32,000 nucleotides of DNA, from NCBI GenBank assembly GCA_948329525.1, contig CAOJBM010000002.1, positions 12,635-44,634 on the forward strand, given 5' to 3'. The DNA is from an uncultured Mycoplasmatota bacterium (lineage in GTDB: Bacteria; Bacillota_I; Bacilli_A; RF39; UBA660). Under the pieces are notes generated by a model. That model was not told the DNA's origin and did no database searches. It worked only from the letters and a program-made list of their open reading frames with translations. The stretch's first letter is position 1. Each line of letters begins with the position of its first letter. A program made the translations under genes and the position numbers. This document shows positions 1 through 9,471 of the stretch, piece after piece.

Positions 1-1032
1 AATAATATCCATCTTTTCTTTGGAAATATTTTTTATTGGTGTATCTAAGTCAATATTATAGTATTCTGCTACTGTTTCTACCTCCGTAAAAGTTGTATTT
101 TGGTCTTCTTTTAAAACAACAATTCCTCCATCACGAATACTTTTATCTTTATCAGGTATTAGCAATTCTTCATTAATTTTCATCTTCATACCAAGTCCAT
201 TACACTCTGGACATGCTCCAAAAGGAGAATTAAAAGAAAACATTCTTGTTTCTAACTTAGGTAGCGAATAATTACAATGTACACAAGCATAGTTTTCACT
301 CATTAAAAATTCTTCACCACCAATTATGTTAAATAAAACCATGCCATCAGCTAACTTTGTACATGCTTCAATAGCTTCAAAAATTCTTGCTCTTGCATCA
401 CTTTTAACAACTACCCTATCTACTATTACTTCTATTGTATCTTTCTTATTTTTTTCTAATTTTATATCATCTGATAAATCATAAACTTTGCCATTTACTC
501 TAACTCTTGCATATCCTTTCACTCTTAAATCATCTAAAATAGCTATATGACTACCTTTTTCTGCACGTACTACTGGAGCCATAATTTCTAGTTTAGTACC
601 TTCCTCAAAATCTAATATTTTATTAGTCATTTCTTCAATGCTTTGACTTTTAATTGGCTCATGATGATTAGGACAATATGGTACTCCTATTCTTGCATAT
701 AAAAGTCTTAAATAATCATAAATTTCCGTAATAGTTCCCACAGTACTTCTCGGATTATTATTAGTACTTTTTTGGTCAATACTTATGCTTGGACTTAACC
801 CTTCTATTGAATCAACATCTGGTTTACTAGTACCACCTAAAAATTGTCTAGCATAAGCAGACAAACTTTCAACATACCTTCTTTGCCCTTCAGCATAAAT
901 TGTATCAAAAGCTAAACTACTTTTACCACTTCCTGAAACTCCTGTCATAACTACTAATGAATTTTTAGGTATCTCAATATCAATATTCTTTAAATTATTT
1001 TCTCTTGCTCCTTTAATTATTATTTTATCCAT
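1..1032 (-). CDS. uvrA: excinuclease ABC subunit A (UvrA), N-terminal ~343 codons; the gene runs off the left edge
   Basis: Absent from the ORF track because it is open at the edge. My minus-strand translation from ATG 1032..1030 reads MDKIIIKGARENNLKNIDIEIPKNSLVVMTGVSGSGKSSLAFDTIYAEGQRRYVESLSAYARQF. This is the canonical UvrA N-terminus with a Walker A motif. Further on it reads FSFNSPFGACPECNGLG, the zinc-finger module. The ATG overlaps the upstream gene's TAA by 1 nt (TAATG). Confidence 0.92.
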   Translation of the reverse strand, partial: MDKIIIKGARENNLKNIDIEIPKNSLVVMTGVSGSGKSSLAFDTIYAEGQRRYVESLSAYARQFLGGTSKPDVDSIEGLSPSISIDQKSTNNNPRSTVGTITEIYDYLRLLYARIGVPYCPNHHEPIKSQSIEEMTNKILDFEEGTKLEIMAPVVRAEKGSHIAILDDLRVKGYARVRVNGKVYDLSDDIKLEKNKKDTIEVIVDRVVVKSDARARIFEAIEACTKLADGMVLFNIIGGEEFLMSENYACVHCNYSLPKLETRMFSFNSPFGACPECNGLGMKMKINEELLIPDKDKSIRDGGIVVLKEDQNTTFTEVETVAEYYNIDLDTPIKNISKEKMDII

Positions 1033-1838
1033 TACCTCTCACCTCGATAGAATGTACATCTTTTACATAAATCATCTACTTTTATATTTTTCAAAAAACC
1101 TTCATTAATACTTTTAAATAAGTTGCCATTTATTATATCAGCTAATTCATTTTTGTAAATATTTCCTAAGTTAATTATTCCATTATTATCTAAACAACAA
1201 GGAACTACAGTTCCATCAACTAATACTCCTATGTGACTTCTTGTACCCATACAAGTACCAAAATTATTTTCCTCTTTACTTAATATTGGCCATGTAAATG
1301 TCTCATCAAAATCTAAATAAGTATTATCAGCTAATTTAATATGTTCATTTCTAATACTTATTCCATATTCCTTTTCTAATCTGTTAATAACTTCTTCTTT
1401 ATCCCCAAAATTAGTCCATAATCGATAATTAATATATGTTCCATTTAAAACTAATTTATCACAAACTTTAAATATATCATTCAAATACTCATCTAAACTT
1501 TTTCCGTATTTTTGATTAAAACTATGTAATGATATATTAACCTGCCTTATATTAGTATTATTCGCAATATTTTTAATTAAATAACCATTAGTTGTAATAT
1601 TTATATAAAAATCACAACTAGCAATATCAATTAGTTCATTTATATCTTTATGTAATAACGGTTCTCCCATAATATGAAAATATAAATAATTAGTATAACC
1701 TTTTAATTTCTTTAATAATTTCTTAAATCTGGGAATAGTTATATATTCTTTCTTCCGATTATTTCTTGGGCAAAAAGAACAAGTCAAATTACAATCATTA
1801 GTTATTTCCACATAAATTTTCTTAAACATAACTTCCAC
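1032..1838 (-). CDS. small radical SAM protein with a C-terminal SPASM/twitch-like Cys cluster
   Basis: CNLTCSFC (CxxxCxxC) lies at residues 16-23 in the YVEITNDCNLTCSFCP context. The C-terminus is Cys-rich (GTCMG...VVPCCLDNNG...LGNIY...CKRC), typical of SPASM auxiliary clusters. A TTGACA-17/18 nt-TATAAT-like promoter lies upstream at ~1845-1876 on the minus strand. Confidence 0.8.
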   Translation of the reverse strand: MEVMFKKIYVEITNDCNLTCSFCPRNNRKKEYITIPRFKKLLKKLKGYTNYLYFHIMGEPLLHKDINELIDIASCDFYINITTNGYLIKNIANNTNIRQVNISLHSFNQKYGKSLDEYLNDIFKVCDKLVLNGTYINYRLWTNFGDKEEVINRLEKEYGISIRNEHIKLADNTYLDFDETFTWPILSKEENNFGTCMGTRSHIGVLVDGTVVPCCLDNNGIINLGNIYKNELADIINGNLFKSINEGFLKNIKVDDLCKRCTFYRGER

Positions 1839-1894
1839 CTGTTTAATTATAATATAAAATATTTGTTCGTGTCAATTACTTTTAAAAAAGATAT

Positions 1895-2875
1895 TTAGTC
1901 ATTTTTAAATATCAATTTTATTGTATCTTTGACATATTCTTCAACTAATTTACTCTTTTCAATTATTAAAAGCAAATTTATTATATCACCACGATATTCC
2001 TCACAAATATTTTTAGGGTATTCCATTATAGTTTTATAAGTATTCTTATAATCATCACTATCAGCCATACCATAATTTAAATATTTAATAACTTCTTCAA
2101 ATTGATAATTTATAAGTAATTGATATAATTCCCAACTTGATAAATGTCTAGGCATTTTTCTTTGTTCTTCTATTATATCATCTAGTGTCATACCTTTTAT
2201 ATCTTTGATGTATTCATCCATTAACTCAATAACTCCACTAAAATTATCTGTATCAGTTGTTCGATACATAAAATTATTATAATAATCTTCTTTTTTACCA
2301 CTAGGTTTTAAGCCAACCATAGGAATAATATTTTGATAAGACTTATGGACATCTTCATTTAAAGAGTCATCAATCAAAGCAATCCAACCAATATTTAGTT
2401 TATAATTTTCTAAATAATACTCAATAAATGTTTCTACTTTATTTACATTAAATCGAAAATCTACAGGTGTTATACTATTGTATTCATAACTATACATACC
2501 TCCATAAATAAACGAAGTCCCAAAAATAATATTTTCATTTCGATATTTATTTAAAATATCAAAAACCATTTTTATATGAGTAGAAGTACTACTATGTGTT
2601 GAAATACAAATATAAGCATTTGCATTACCAAATTGATTTCTTAGAGTTTCAACTTGTTTCATAAATATTTCTGCTTCTTCATCCGTTATTTTATTACTAG
2701 TTCCTTCTAAATCTAGCATAATAGCGATAGAACGAGGAATAATAATAGGTTCTCTATTTCTAAGATAATTATTAATTATATTGTTATCTTTATTATTTTG
2801 TTTCAAAAGCTTACGCTTTTGATTTTCATAAAATTTTTTCTTTCTAAATTCTGAATTCCAACTGTCTTTTTTCAT
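1895..2875 (-). CDS. hypothetical protein with a basic N-terminus; possibly a divergent HAD-like fold
   Basis: Long ORF with its own TTGAAC-17 nt-TATAAT promoter upstream. MLDLEGT resembles HAD motif I (DxDxT) with Glu in place of the second Asp, and ALIDDS resembles motif IV. I recognise no confident family match. Confidence 0.5.
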   Translation of the reverse strand: MKKDSWNSEFRKKKFYENQKRKLLKQNNKDNNIINNYLRNREPIIIPRSIAIMLDLEGTSNKITDEEAEIFMKQVETLRNQFGNANAYICISTHSSTSTHIKMVFDILNKYRNENIIFGTSFIYGGMYSYEYNSITPVDFRFNVNKVETFIEYYLENYKLNIGWIALIDDSLNEDVHKSYQNIIPMVGLKPSGKKEDYYNNFMYRTTDTDNFSGVIELMDEYIKDIKGMTLDDIIEEQRKMPRHLSSWELYQLLINYQFEEVIKYLNYGMADSDDYKNTYKTIMEYPKNICEEYRGDIINLLLIIEKSKLVEEYVKDTIKLIFKND

Positions 2876-2918
2876 TTCAAAACCTCCATAAAAATTATAT
2901 AATATGCAATATATTTGT

Positions 2919-3434
2919 TCAATAATTTTTAGTATCTTTATTTATAAGGCTTAAGATAAACTGTCTTGTTTCTTTTTCAGCATTTTGACGAATAAGGTCC
3001 TTACTATCTTCAACAAATCTAATTGGTACTTTTTCAGTAAGTTCTTTAAAATTCTCATTAATCCCTTGTTCAATTTTTTTATATGCTGCAATACAATCAT
3101 TTTCATCTTCAAATAATTGAACTATTTCTTCTTTATCTTCTTTTTTACATCTAATTTCATAATATTTATTCACATCAATTATTAAACCACTATTTCCCAA
3201 ATCAATAAAAAATTTATCTATAATGTGCCTTTCATTAAAATTCAAAAATTCTTTTAAAGAATGAACACTTTCAGAAAAAGGACTTTTCTCCGTTATTTCA
3301 TAATTTTCACTTTTATTATCCAAAATAGAATAGTCTTCTTTACTTTCCATATAAATAAAGCCAAGTTCTTTTAATTCTTCTTTTGTATAAAAAACATTTT
3401 TAAATTTATATATTTCAAATTTTTCTATTAACAC
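2919..3434 (-). CDS. hypothetical protein (171 aa, acidic, no recognisable motif)
   Basis: ORF with a GGAGG SD (plus-strand cctcc at 3441-3445) about 6 nt before the ATG. No motif recognised. Confidence 0.5.
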   Translation of the reverse strand: MLIEKFEIYKFKNVFYTKEELKELGFIYMESKEDYSILDNKSENYEITEKSPFSESVHSLKEFLNFNERHIIDKFFIDLGNSGLIIDVNKYYEIRCKKEDKEEIVQLFEDENDCIAAYKKIEQGINENFKELTEKVPIRFVEDSKDLIRQNAEKETRQFILSLINKDTKNY

Positions 3435-3501
3435 TTTATTCCTCCAATCAAATATTTGTTAATTATTATATAATGATAACATTTATCTTTTCAAGGAAAA
3501 T

Positions 3502-3527
3502 AAAAAACCAATACAATTTAGTATCGG
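3502..3527 (-). terminator. rho-independent terminator after the ftsEX-M23 operon
   Basis: The minus strand reads CCGATAC-TAAATT-GTATTGG (one G.U pair) followed by TTTTTT. It lies 45 nt past the stop of the M23 gene. Confidence 0.5.
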
Positions 3528-3571
3528 TCTTTGTAAAGTTTGTTTTTACATTTCAAAAATATATATCTTCA

Positions 3572-4771
3572 TTAATATCTAGATGACCAAGAAAATCCTT
3601 TAGTATTTTTTATACCTGTTACTTTTTGGTCACCAGTAGGAGTTGATTTACTTTGGAAAGTACTATATCTATTATAGCCATTCGCCCCTGATCCTAAATA
3701 AAGTCCAAAAGCTATTGTGTAATGTAAATGTGTTCCAGTTGTGCATCCATCATAATACCACGTAGAAGAATCCCCTCCAACACTACCAATTTGCGTAGCA
3801 GCTGTAACTGTGTCTCCTACTTTAACATTTATGCTTCGCATGTGCGCATACTCAGAAGTATAGGCAACTCCATTAACATAATGATGAATATGAACAATAT
3901 TTCCCCCACAACTATTATGATAGCTTACACTTGCCACTACTCCTGGAGCCGAAGCAAACATTGCTGTACCTGGTGTATTCCCTCCAATATCCATGCCTTT
4001 GTGACCATTATTTCCATAAGCTTGTGTTATTCTTCCTTTTGCAAGTGGTCTTACAAATTTTGAAGCATTAACTATTTTACTATAATAACAATAATCTATC
4101 GAATCATCATCACGACATCCAGCATCTTCATAAGTTTTAATAAGCTCTTTTTGAGCTTTAATTTGTTCGTCATAATCAAGTCCAATACTAGCTAAAGAAT
4201 CAATATAAGCACGCAATTCTTCGATTTTCTTTTCATATTCATTAATAGCTTTTTCTAAAGTTTCATTTTGATTATTTAAGTCAATTTGCAATTGTTTATT
4301 ATCAGCAATTAGTTGCTCTAAACGATGAATTTCACTATCTTGATAACTACTAAGTTGTTCTATAATTGCAGCCCGCTCTAAAAAGTCAGACATCGTTGTT
4401 GATTGTACCATAAATTCTAAATAAACTTTATCTTCATCGATACTTTGCATATAACTAAAAACATCATGTAATTCTTCTGTTGTCTTAACTATTAATGCTT
4501 CACTTTCAATAATTTTTTGTTTTGACTCTTCGACACTTTTCTCATTAGCATCTATCGTATTATTAGCTTCCATAATAGCATTTCTTTTATATTGAACTTC
4601 ATTATTCGCCTGAGTAGATAGTCTTTTATTTTCTCTTTGTTGACTTTGTAGGGCATTTAACTCATTTTTATAATCTCTTAATGTTTTACTATCAGCTTTA
4701 ACATAAAGAGGAGCTACCAGATTAAATAATAAACAAAAACATAAAGTATATCTTCCTAATCTTTTCATCAT
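3572..4771 (-). CDS. secreted coiled-coil M23 (LytM-type) peptidase, an FtsEX-associated murein hydrolase (PcsB/EnvC-like architecture)
   Basis: Signal peptide (MMKRLGRYTLCFCLLFNLVAPLYVKA), then ~200 aa of heptad-rich coiled coil. The C-terminal M23 domain has HKGMDIG and GTHLHY motifs. The start overlaps the ftsX stop by 4 nt (ATGA). Confidence 0.85.
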   Translation of the reverse strand: MMKRLGRYTLCFCLLFNLVAPLYVKADSKTLRDYKNELNALQSQQRENKRLSTQANNEVQYKRNAIMEANNTIDANEKSVEESKQKIIESEALIVKTTEELHDVFSYMQSIDEDKVYLEFMVQSTTMSDFLERAAIIEQLSSYQDSEIHRLEQLIADNKQLQIDLNNQNETLEKAINEYEKKIEELRAYIDSLASIGLDYDEQIKAQKELIKTYEDAGCRDDDSIDYCYYSKIVNASKFVRPLAKGRITQAYGNNGHKGMDIGGNTPGTAMFASAPGVVASVSYHNSCGGNIVHIHHYVNGVAYTSEYAHMRSINVKVGDTVTAATQIGSVGGDSSTWYYDGCTTGTHLHYTIAFGLYLGSGANGYNRYSTFQSKSTPTGDQKVTGIKNTKGFSWSSRY

Positions 4772-5673
4772 ATTTTCAAATACCTCCTTACAGAGCGATA
4801 ACTACCTAACATACCAACTATGACACCAATACCTAGTAATAAAAGAGAGTTATATAAAACAAAAGGTAAAGGCGGAACTAATTTTATTATATTAGAAACA
4901 AAGAAACCATTTAAATTGTCATAAGCAAGAATATAACCATATATAGTAGCAGCTATTGGAATAATTGAACCAGCTATTCCTAAAAATAAGCCTTCAAAGA
5001 CAAATGGTAATCTAATAACTGTATTACTTACTCCAACAAGTCGCATTATGTCTATTTCATTCTTACGAGCAAAGATTGTTAACTTAATTGTGTTACAAAT
5101 TAAGAATACTGTTACAATAATTAAAGCGCCGATAATAACAATAGAAGCTTTTTTAATAACATCAAATATAGGTACTAACTTTGTTACTGTATCTTCTCCA
5201 TAATTAACAAGTTCAATATTTTCAATCTCTTTAATTTGCTCTGCTGTATCTTTCATATCTCTTATGTCTTTAACAGGTACAATAAATTCTGATTTTAAAG
5301 GATTTGTTTCATCAGTCCATGTTTCCATAATACTTTTTAAATCGCTACTTTTTTGCATTGTTTCTATTCTAACTTGTTCCTTGCTTTTATAAACAACATT
5401 TTCTCCTACAACATTTCCTATCTTACTAATCTCATCCTTAGCAATCATATCTTGCTCCTCTGTAGTTCCTTTTTGCATCAATACTAAAATTGTTAATTCT
5501 TCTTCTAATCCTTTGGTAAAATTATTGACATTAACTGTTAAAATTACCGCAATTGATACTAAAATTAAAGTAATTGTTGTACAAACAATTGATGCTAAAC
5601 TTAAACTTAAATTTCGAAAAACACTTTTAAAGGCATGATTTATATTTCTACTTAGAATCCTGAACAACTTCAT
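4768..5673 (-). CDS. ftsX: cell-division ABC transporter permease FtsX
   Basis: N-terminus is FKSVFRNLSLSLASI. The layout is a large extracellular loop followed by three C-terminal TM segments, immediately downstream of and overlapping ftsE. Confidence 0.85.
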   Translation of the reverse strand: MKLFRILSRNINHAFKSVFRNLSLSLASIVCTTITLILVSIAVILTVNVNNFTKGLEEELTILVLMQKGTTEEQDMIAKDEISKIGNVVGENVVYKSKEQVRIETMQKSSDLKSIMETWTDETNPLKSEFIVPVKDIRDMKDTAEQIKEIENIELVNYGEDTVTKLVPIFDVIKKASIVIIGALIIVTVFLICNTIKLTIFARKNEIDIMRLVGVSNTVIRLPFVFEGLFLGIAGSIIPIAATIYGYILAYDNLNGFFVSNIIKLVPPLPFVLYNSLLLLGIGVIVGMLGSYRSVRRYLKI

Positions 5674-6361
5674 CTACAATATACTTTCCTTTCTTTTCAT
5701 CATGAGTTAAAACACCATTTTCAATAGTAATAACTCTTTTTTTCATCGTATTAACAATTTCTCTATCGTGAGTAGCCATTATAATCGTAGTTCCCATATT
5801 TTTATTTATTGAATCAATTACTTTCATTACTTCTTTACTTGTCGCTGGATCTAAATTTCCTGTTGGTTCATCACAAATAAGCAACTTCGGCTCATCAACT
5901 ATAGCTCTTGCAATACATACTCTTTGTTGTTCTCCTCCCGATAATTGATTAGGAAAACTTCTTATTTTTTCTTTTAATCCAACTCGTTCTAAAGCAAGAA
6001 GTACTTTTGGTTTAATATCTTTCGATTTAATTCCTTGATTCTCTAAGCCAAAAGCCACATTTTCATAGACAGTTAATTTTGGAAGTAATTTAAAATCCTG
6101 AAAAACAATACCCAATTTTTTTCTTAGCTTATAAACATTTCCATTTCTTAATTTAGAAACATTTATCCCACCAACATTAACAACTCCTTTTGTTGGTTTT
6201 TCTTCACGATACAGTAACTTAATTAAAGTTGACTTACCACTTCCTGTTGTTCCTATAACAAAGACAAATTCTCCTTTATCTATTTTCAAAGTTAAGTCTG
6301 CCAATGCTGTAACTCCATTTTTATATATTTTATAGCAATGTTCAATATCAATGAACTTCAT
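5648..6361 (-). CDS. ftsE: cell-division ABC transporter ATP-binding protein FtsE
   Basis: Walker A GTTGSGKST, ABC signature LSGGEQQR, Walker B LLICDEPTGNLD. Size is ~230 aa and it is paired with ftsX. Confidence 0.9.
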   Translation of the reverse strand: MKFIDIEHCYKIYKNGVTALADLTLKIDKGEFVFVIGTTGSGKSTLIKLLYREEKPTKGVVNVGGINVSKLRNGNVYKLRKKLGIVFQDFKLLPKLTVYENVAFGLENQGIKSKDIKPKVLLALERVGLKEKIRSFPNQLSGGEQQRVCIARAIVDEPKLLICDEPTGNLDPATSKEVMKVIDSINKNMGTTIIMATHDREIVNTMKKRVITIENGVLTHDEKKGKYIVDEVVQDSK

Positions 6362-6402
6362 TTTACCACCTACTATAAAGTAATTATAACAAAAAAAAGA
6401 GG

Positions 6403-7305
6403 CTAAATAAATGGTAAATTTGACCTCTTAACGCCACCTTTTACTTCATAACAATCACTTATCACAAAGAAAGCATCTTTATCTATTTCTAAAACTGACT
6501 CTTTAAATAAAAAATAATCTCTTGTTGGAACAACACACATTAGCATTTTTCTCTTTGTTTTAGAGTATCCTCCTTCGGTAGTAAGTATTGTATATCCAGC
6601 ATTAATTTCATTGATAATAAAATCTGCTACTTCTTTCTCTTTTTTAGTATATATAAAAAACATTTTACTATCAGAAATCCCAATAAGTATCTTATCAACT
6701 AAAATAGTATTTATAACAATAATAATAATTGCATAAAGCATTTTTGGAATACCAAAAATTAACCCAGCCGCTCCAACTATTACACCATTAACAAATAAAG
6801 AAGCTTTTCCTGTTGGTATATGAAAATATTTATTTACTATTTGCATAATGATATCTGCTCCACCAGTTGTATATCCCATTTTATAAATGACACCTGTTGT
6901 AAAGCCATATATTAAACCACTTACTAGGATAGTTAATAGAAAGTTATCAAAATTAGTGTATGAAATTAAATAAGTTGCTAAAGGTAATGTAATTTCAACA
7001 AACAACGGATATAGTAAAGAACCAATAATTGTTCTTCTTGTTTGTTCTTTACCCAAGGTTAAATAACTTATAATTATTAAAACTAGGTTAAAAATTAAAA
7101 TTATCAGAGAAATAGAAAAACCAAATAAATGATTAAGAATAATAGCAAGACCGCTAGTACCCCCAATAACTAAATTATGATGGACCAAAAACACATTATA
7201 ATTTAGGGCAAGCAAAAATATTGCTAAAGATGAAATTAAAAATCTTAGCCAAAAGTTCTTTTTTGTTACTATTTTAATAATGTCTTTATAATCCATATTT
7301 TTCAC
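6403..7305 (-). CDS. YitT family membrane protein (DUF2179 C-terminal domain)
   Basis: Multi-TM N-terminal part with GGTSGLAIIL. The C-terminal soluble domain reads GYTILTTEGGYSKTKRKMLMCVVPTRDYFLFKESVLEIDKDAFFVISDCYEVKGG, typical of YitT/DUF2179. Confidence 0.75.
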   Translation of the reverse strand: MKNMDYKDIIKIVTKKNFWLRFLISSLAIFLLALNYNVFLVHHNLVIGGTSGLAIILNHLFGFSISLIILIFNLVLIIISYLTLGKEQTRRTIIGSLLYPLFVEITLPLATYLISYTNFDNFLLTILVSGLIYGFTTGVIYKMGYTTGGADIIMQIVNKYFHIPTGKASLFVNGVIVGAAGLIFGIPKMLYAIIIIVINTILVDKILIGISDSKMFFIYTKKEKEVADFIINEINAGYTILTTEGGYSKTKRKMLMCVVPTRDYFLFKESVLEIDKDAFFVISDCYEVKGGVKRSNLPFI

Positions 7306-7364
7306 CTATTATTAGTATACTATATTTTTTTCAAGTCGCATATAGTTAATTGAGGTGAAAATTA

Positions 7365-7724
7365 ATGAACGGAAGTTATTATCCTAATCCAACTTTTCCT
7401 AATGCAACTAATGATACTAGTTTCGAAGATAACTACTACAAAAGTCAAAATGAAAGTATGCCAATGGAACAAAGTTATATCGAAAATATCTTAAGACTTA
7501 ATAAAGGAAAAAAAGTTACTGCTTATGTAAGTTTCCCTGATTCAAATGACTGGCGAGATAGTAGGTTTACAGGTATTATTGAAGAAGCAGGAAGAGACCA
7601 TTTAATCATCAGTGACCCAACGACAGGACACTGGAATTTAATTTTGATGATTTATCTAAACTTTGTTGATTTTGATGAACGAATAAATTATAGTCATGAT
7701 TATTCAGACAAAACGTTTCACTAA
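7365..7724 (+). CDS. gerQ: spore coat protein GerQ-like
   Basis: MEQSYIENILRLNKGKKVTAYVSF...EEAGRDHLIISDPTTG...LMIYLNFVDFDE matches the conserved GerQ/YwdL core as I remember it. Confidence 0.7.
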   Translation: MNGSYYPNPTFPNATNDTSFEDNYYKSQNESMPMEQSYIENILRLNKGKKVTAYVSFPDSNDWRDSRFTGIIEEAGRDHLIISDPTTGHWNLILMIYLNFVDFDERINYSHDYSDKTFH

Positions 7725-8215
7725 TATAAGCTGAAACGTTTTTTTTCTTCACCTAAAATAGTTTTTGGTCCATGTCCTGGATATAAAGTTATATCGTCAT
7801 CATACAAAGATATTTTATCTAAACTTTCTAACATATCACTATCACTTCCACCTAAATCAGTCCTTCCAATACTATGATAAAAGATAAAATCCCCACAAAA
7901 CATAACTTTCTCATTTTTAAAATAGTAAGTCACTGAATCATTAGTATGTCCTTTAGTTTCTAATACTTCATAAGAAAAATTATTTCCTTTATAATCATTT
8001 GGTTTAATATTGTAATAAGAACATATTTCTGTTAATGCTCCAATGTGATCAAAGTGTTTATGTGTTAAAAGACACCCAACCACTTTTTTATCTCCTATTG
8101 CAGTAATAATTTTCTTTGCTTCATCTCCAGGGTCAATTATTAATACTTCATTATTCTTTTCTAAAAGATAACAATTAGTTTGTAAGTCCCCGACAACAAT
8201 AGAATTTATTTTCAT
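7721..8215 (-). CDS. MBL-fold metallo-hydrolase (glyoxalase II-like)
   Basis: THKHFDH (HxHxDH) motif plus downstream GHT and GHG. I place the start at ATG 8215. The track start at 8224 is a GTG lying inside the AAAGGTGA SD. Confidence 0.8.
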   Translation of the reverse strand: MKINSIVVGDLQTNCYLLEKNNEVLIIDPGDEAKKIITAIGDKKVVGCLLTHKHFDHIGALTEICSYYNIKPNDYKGNNFSYEVLETKGHTNDSVTYYFKNEKVMFCGDFIFYHSIGRTDLGGSDSDMLESLDKISLYDDDITLYPGHGPKTILGEEKKRFSLY

Positions 8216-8305
8216 ATCAATCACCTTTTTTACATTGTATTATAATAAACCTTAAATGTAAAATTAATTTATGATATAATGTTTTTAGAATTGAGGTTTT
8301 ATAAT

Positions 8306-8851
8306 ATGATAATTATTTATACATTTTTAGTTTTACTAATTGTTATTTGTGGATTAGCTATTGGTTATATTATTTTATATAATCAACTCCAACACTATAC
8401 TACTAAAGTTGACCAAGCGGAATCTATTATTGATGATACATTAAGAAAACGCTATGACTTAGCAATAAACGCTGCTAACATTATTGAAAAAAGTCTTAAA
8501 GATAAAAAGAAGATTTTCAAAGACTTAAGAAGTTTTAAAGATGTAGCTATTACTAATTTTGATTTTGATAGAAAGTTAAATGAAAATGTTGAATTGATTA
8601 AACAAGTACGTTTTGATTATGATGAACTGAAAGACATTAAAGAACTTAAAACTATTATTAATGATTTAAAAAATACTTCCGAAAAGTTAGAAGCTGCTAA
8701 ATCTTTTTATAATAAATATACTAATAAGTTAAATGATTTAATTAGAAAATTCCCAATTAATATTATTGCTAAAATGCATAATATTGAAATTAGGCTTTTC
8801 TTTGATGGTAAAGATATGCATGATGATATATTAGATGATTTTAAATTATAG
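8306..8851 (+). CDS. lemA: LemA family protein
   Basis: A single N-terminal TM, then LRKRYDL and FYNKYTNKLNDLIRKFPINIIAKM, which are LemA-like motifs. The start moves to ATG 8306 (GAGG SD 9 nt upstream). The track ATG at 8279 lies inside an extended -10 (TGATATAAT, 8272-8280). Confidence 0.75.
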   Translation: MIIIYTFLVLLIVICGLAIGYIILYNQLQHYTTKVDQAESIIDDTLRKRYDLAINAANIIEKSLKDKKKIFKDLRSFKDVAITNFDFDRKLNENVELIKQVRFDYDELKDIKELKTIINDLKNTSEKLEAAKSFYNKYTNKLNDLIRKFPINIIAKMHNIEIRLFFDGKDMHDDILDDFKL

Positions 8852-8904
8852 TTTTAAATAACTATTTTTTATGTTATAATCCTTTTAGAAAGGATGTAAA
8901 TTTT

Positions 8905-9432
8905 GTGAGAAAAAGAGTTTTAGGTTTATTATTAGTAAGTTGTCTTTTGTTAACAGCTGGTTGTGGCGATAAGGAAAATAAAGAAACTAAAAAAGATGAA
9001 AAACAAGAAAATATAATCAAAACAATAAGTTGTGTAAATGAATCTGAAAAATCCGAAATAGACAAGGATGATGAAGGAAACACAATTATGGGAATTCAAG
9101 GGCAAAAAACAGAATACAAATATGATACTAAGAAAAATGAACTAACTGAAGTAACCGCTTCTGTATATGTTAAATTCGAAAATGCTTCGGAAGACTATAT
9201 TTCAAAACAAGCAGAAGAAGCTAAATCTACTTGTGACTTATTTAAAGATGATGACACAATGAAAAATTGCGAAATAAAAAAAGATGGCGATAAAGTAGAA
9301 GTTTATATGGTAGCTGATATTGATAATATTTTAGATGGAGAAGACATTTCTAAAACAGCATCATTTGAAGATATTGAAAAATATGTCAAAGAAGAAGCCA
9401 AAGAAGATGATTTGACTTGTACTATAAATTAG
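8905..9432 (+). CDS. lipoprotein, function unknown
   Basis: MRKRVLGLLLVSCLLLTAGCGDKE carries a classic lipobox (LTAGC). GTG start; extended -10 TGTTATAAT just upstream. Confidence 0.7.
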   Translation: MRKRVLGLLLVSCLLLTAGCGDKENKETKKDEKQENIIKTISCVNESEKSEIDKDDEGNTIMGIQGQKTEYKYDTKKNELTEVTASVYVKFENASEDYISKQAEEAKSTCDLFKDDDTMKNCEIKKDGDKVEVYMVADIDNILDGEDISKTASFEDIEKYVKEEAKEDDLTCTIN

Positions 9433-9433
9433 C

Positions 9434-9459
9434 AAAATCCCACATTTGTGGGATTTTTT
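9434..9459. terminator. hairpin terminator between convergent genes (likely bidirectional)
   Basis: AAATCCCAC-ATTT-GTGGGATTT followed by TTTTT, with an A-run on the other side. Confidence 0.65.
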
Positions 9460-9471
9460 ATTTGAGTAAAT

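Noticed and set aside
1839-2918. A short RiPP precursor ORF next to the radical-SAM/SPASM gene.
   Set aside because: The intergenic gaps 1839-1894 and 2876-2918 contain only promoter and SD sequence. No SD-preceded short ORF is present on either strand.
1839-3571. A shared regulatory motif, AATATTTGTT(C/A), upstream of the three consecutive genes (1858-1869, 2911-2920, 3451-3460).
   Set aside because: The motif sits at variable distances from the start codons. The same A/T-rich decamer occurs elsewhere, for example around 26367 on the other strand. It is too low in complexity to call without genome-wide statistics.
3728-4063. Track ORFs lying antisense or out of frame inside well-supported genes. 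These are 3728-4063, 8874-9083, 10552-10785, 11272-11496, 16180-16377, 16471-16674, 18890-19240, 22042-22227, 22508-22702, 22916-23161, 24394-24582, 25729-26076, 27345-27587, 28397-28585 and 30594-30794.
   Set aside because: Each lies wholly or mostly inside a longer ORF with clear family motifs or a good SD. They have low-complexity Ser/Ile/Phe/Leu-rich translations typical of shadow frames in A/T-rich DNA. I could see no convincing SD for any of them.
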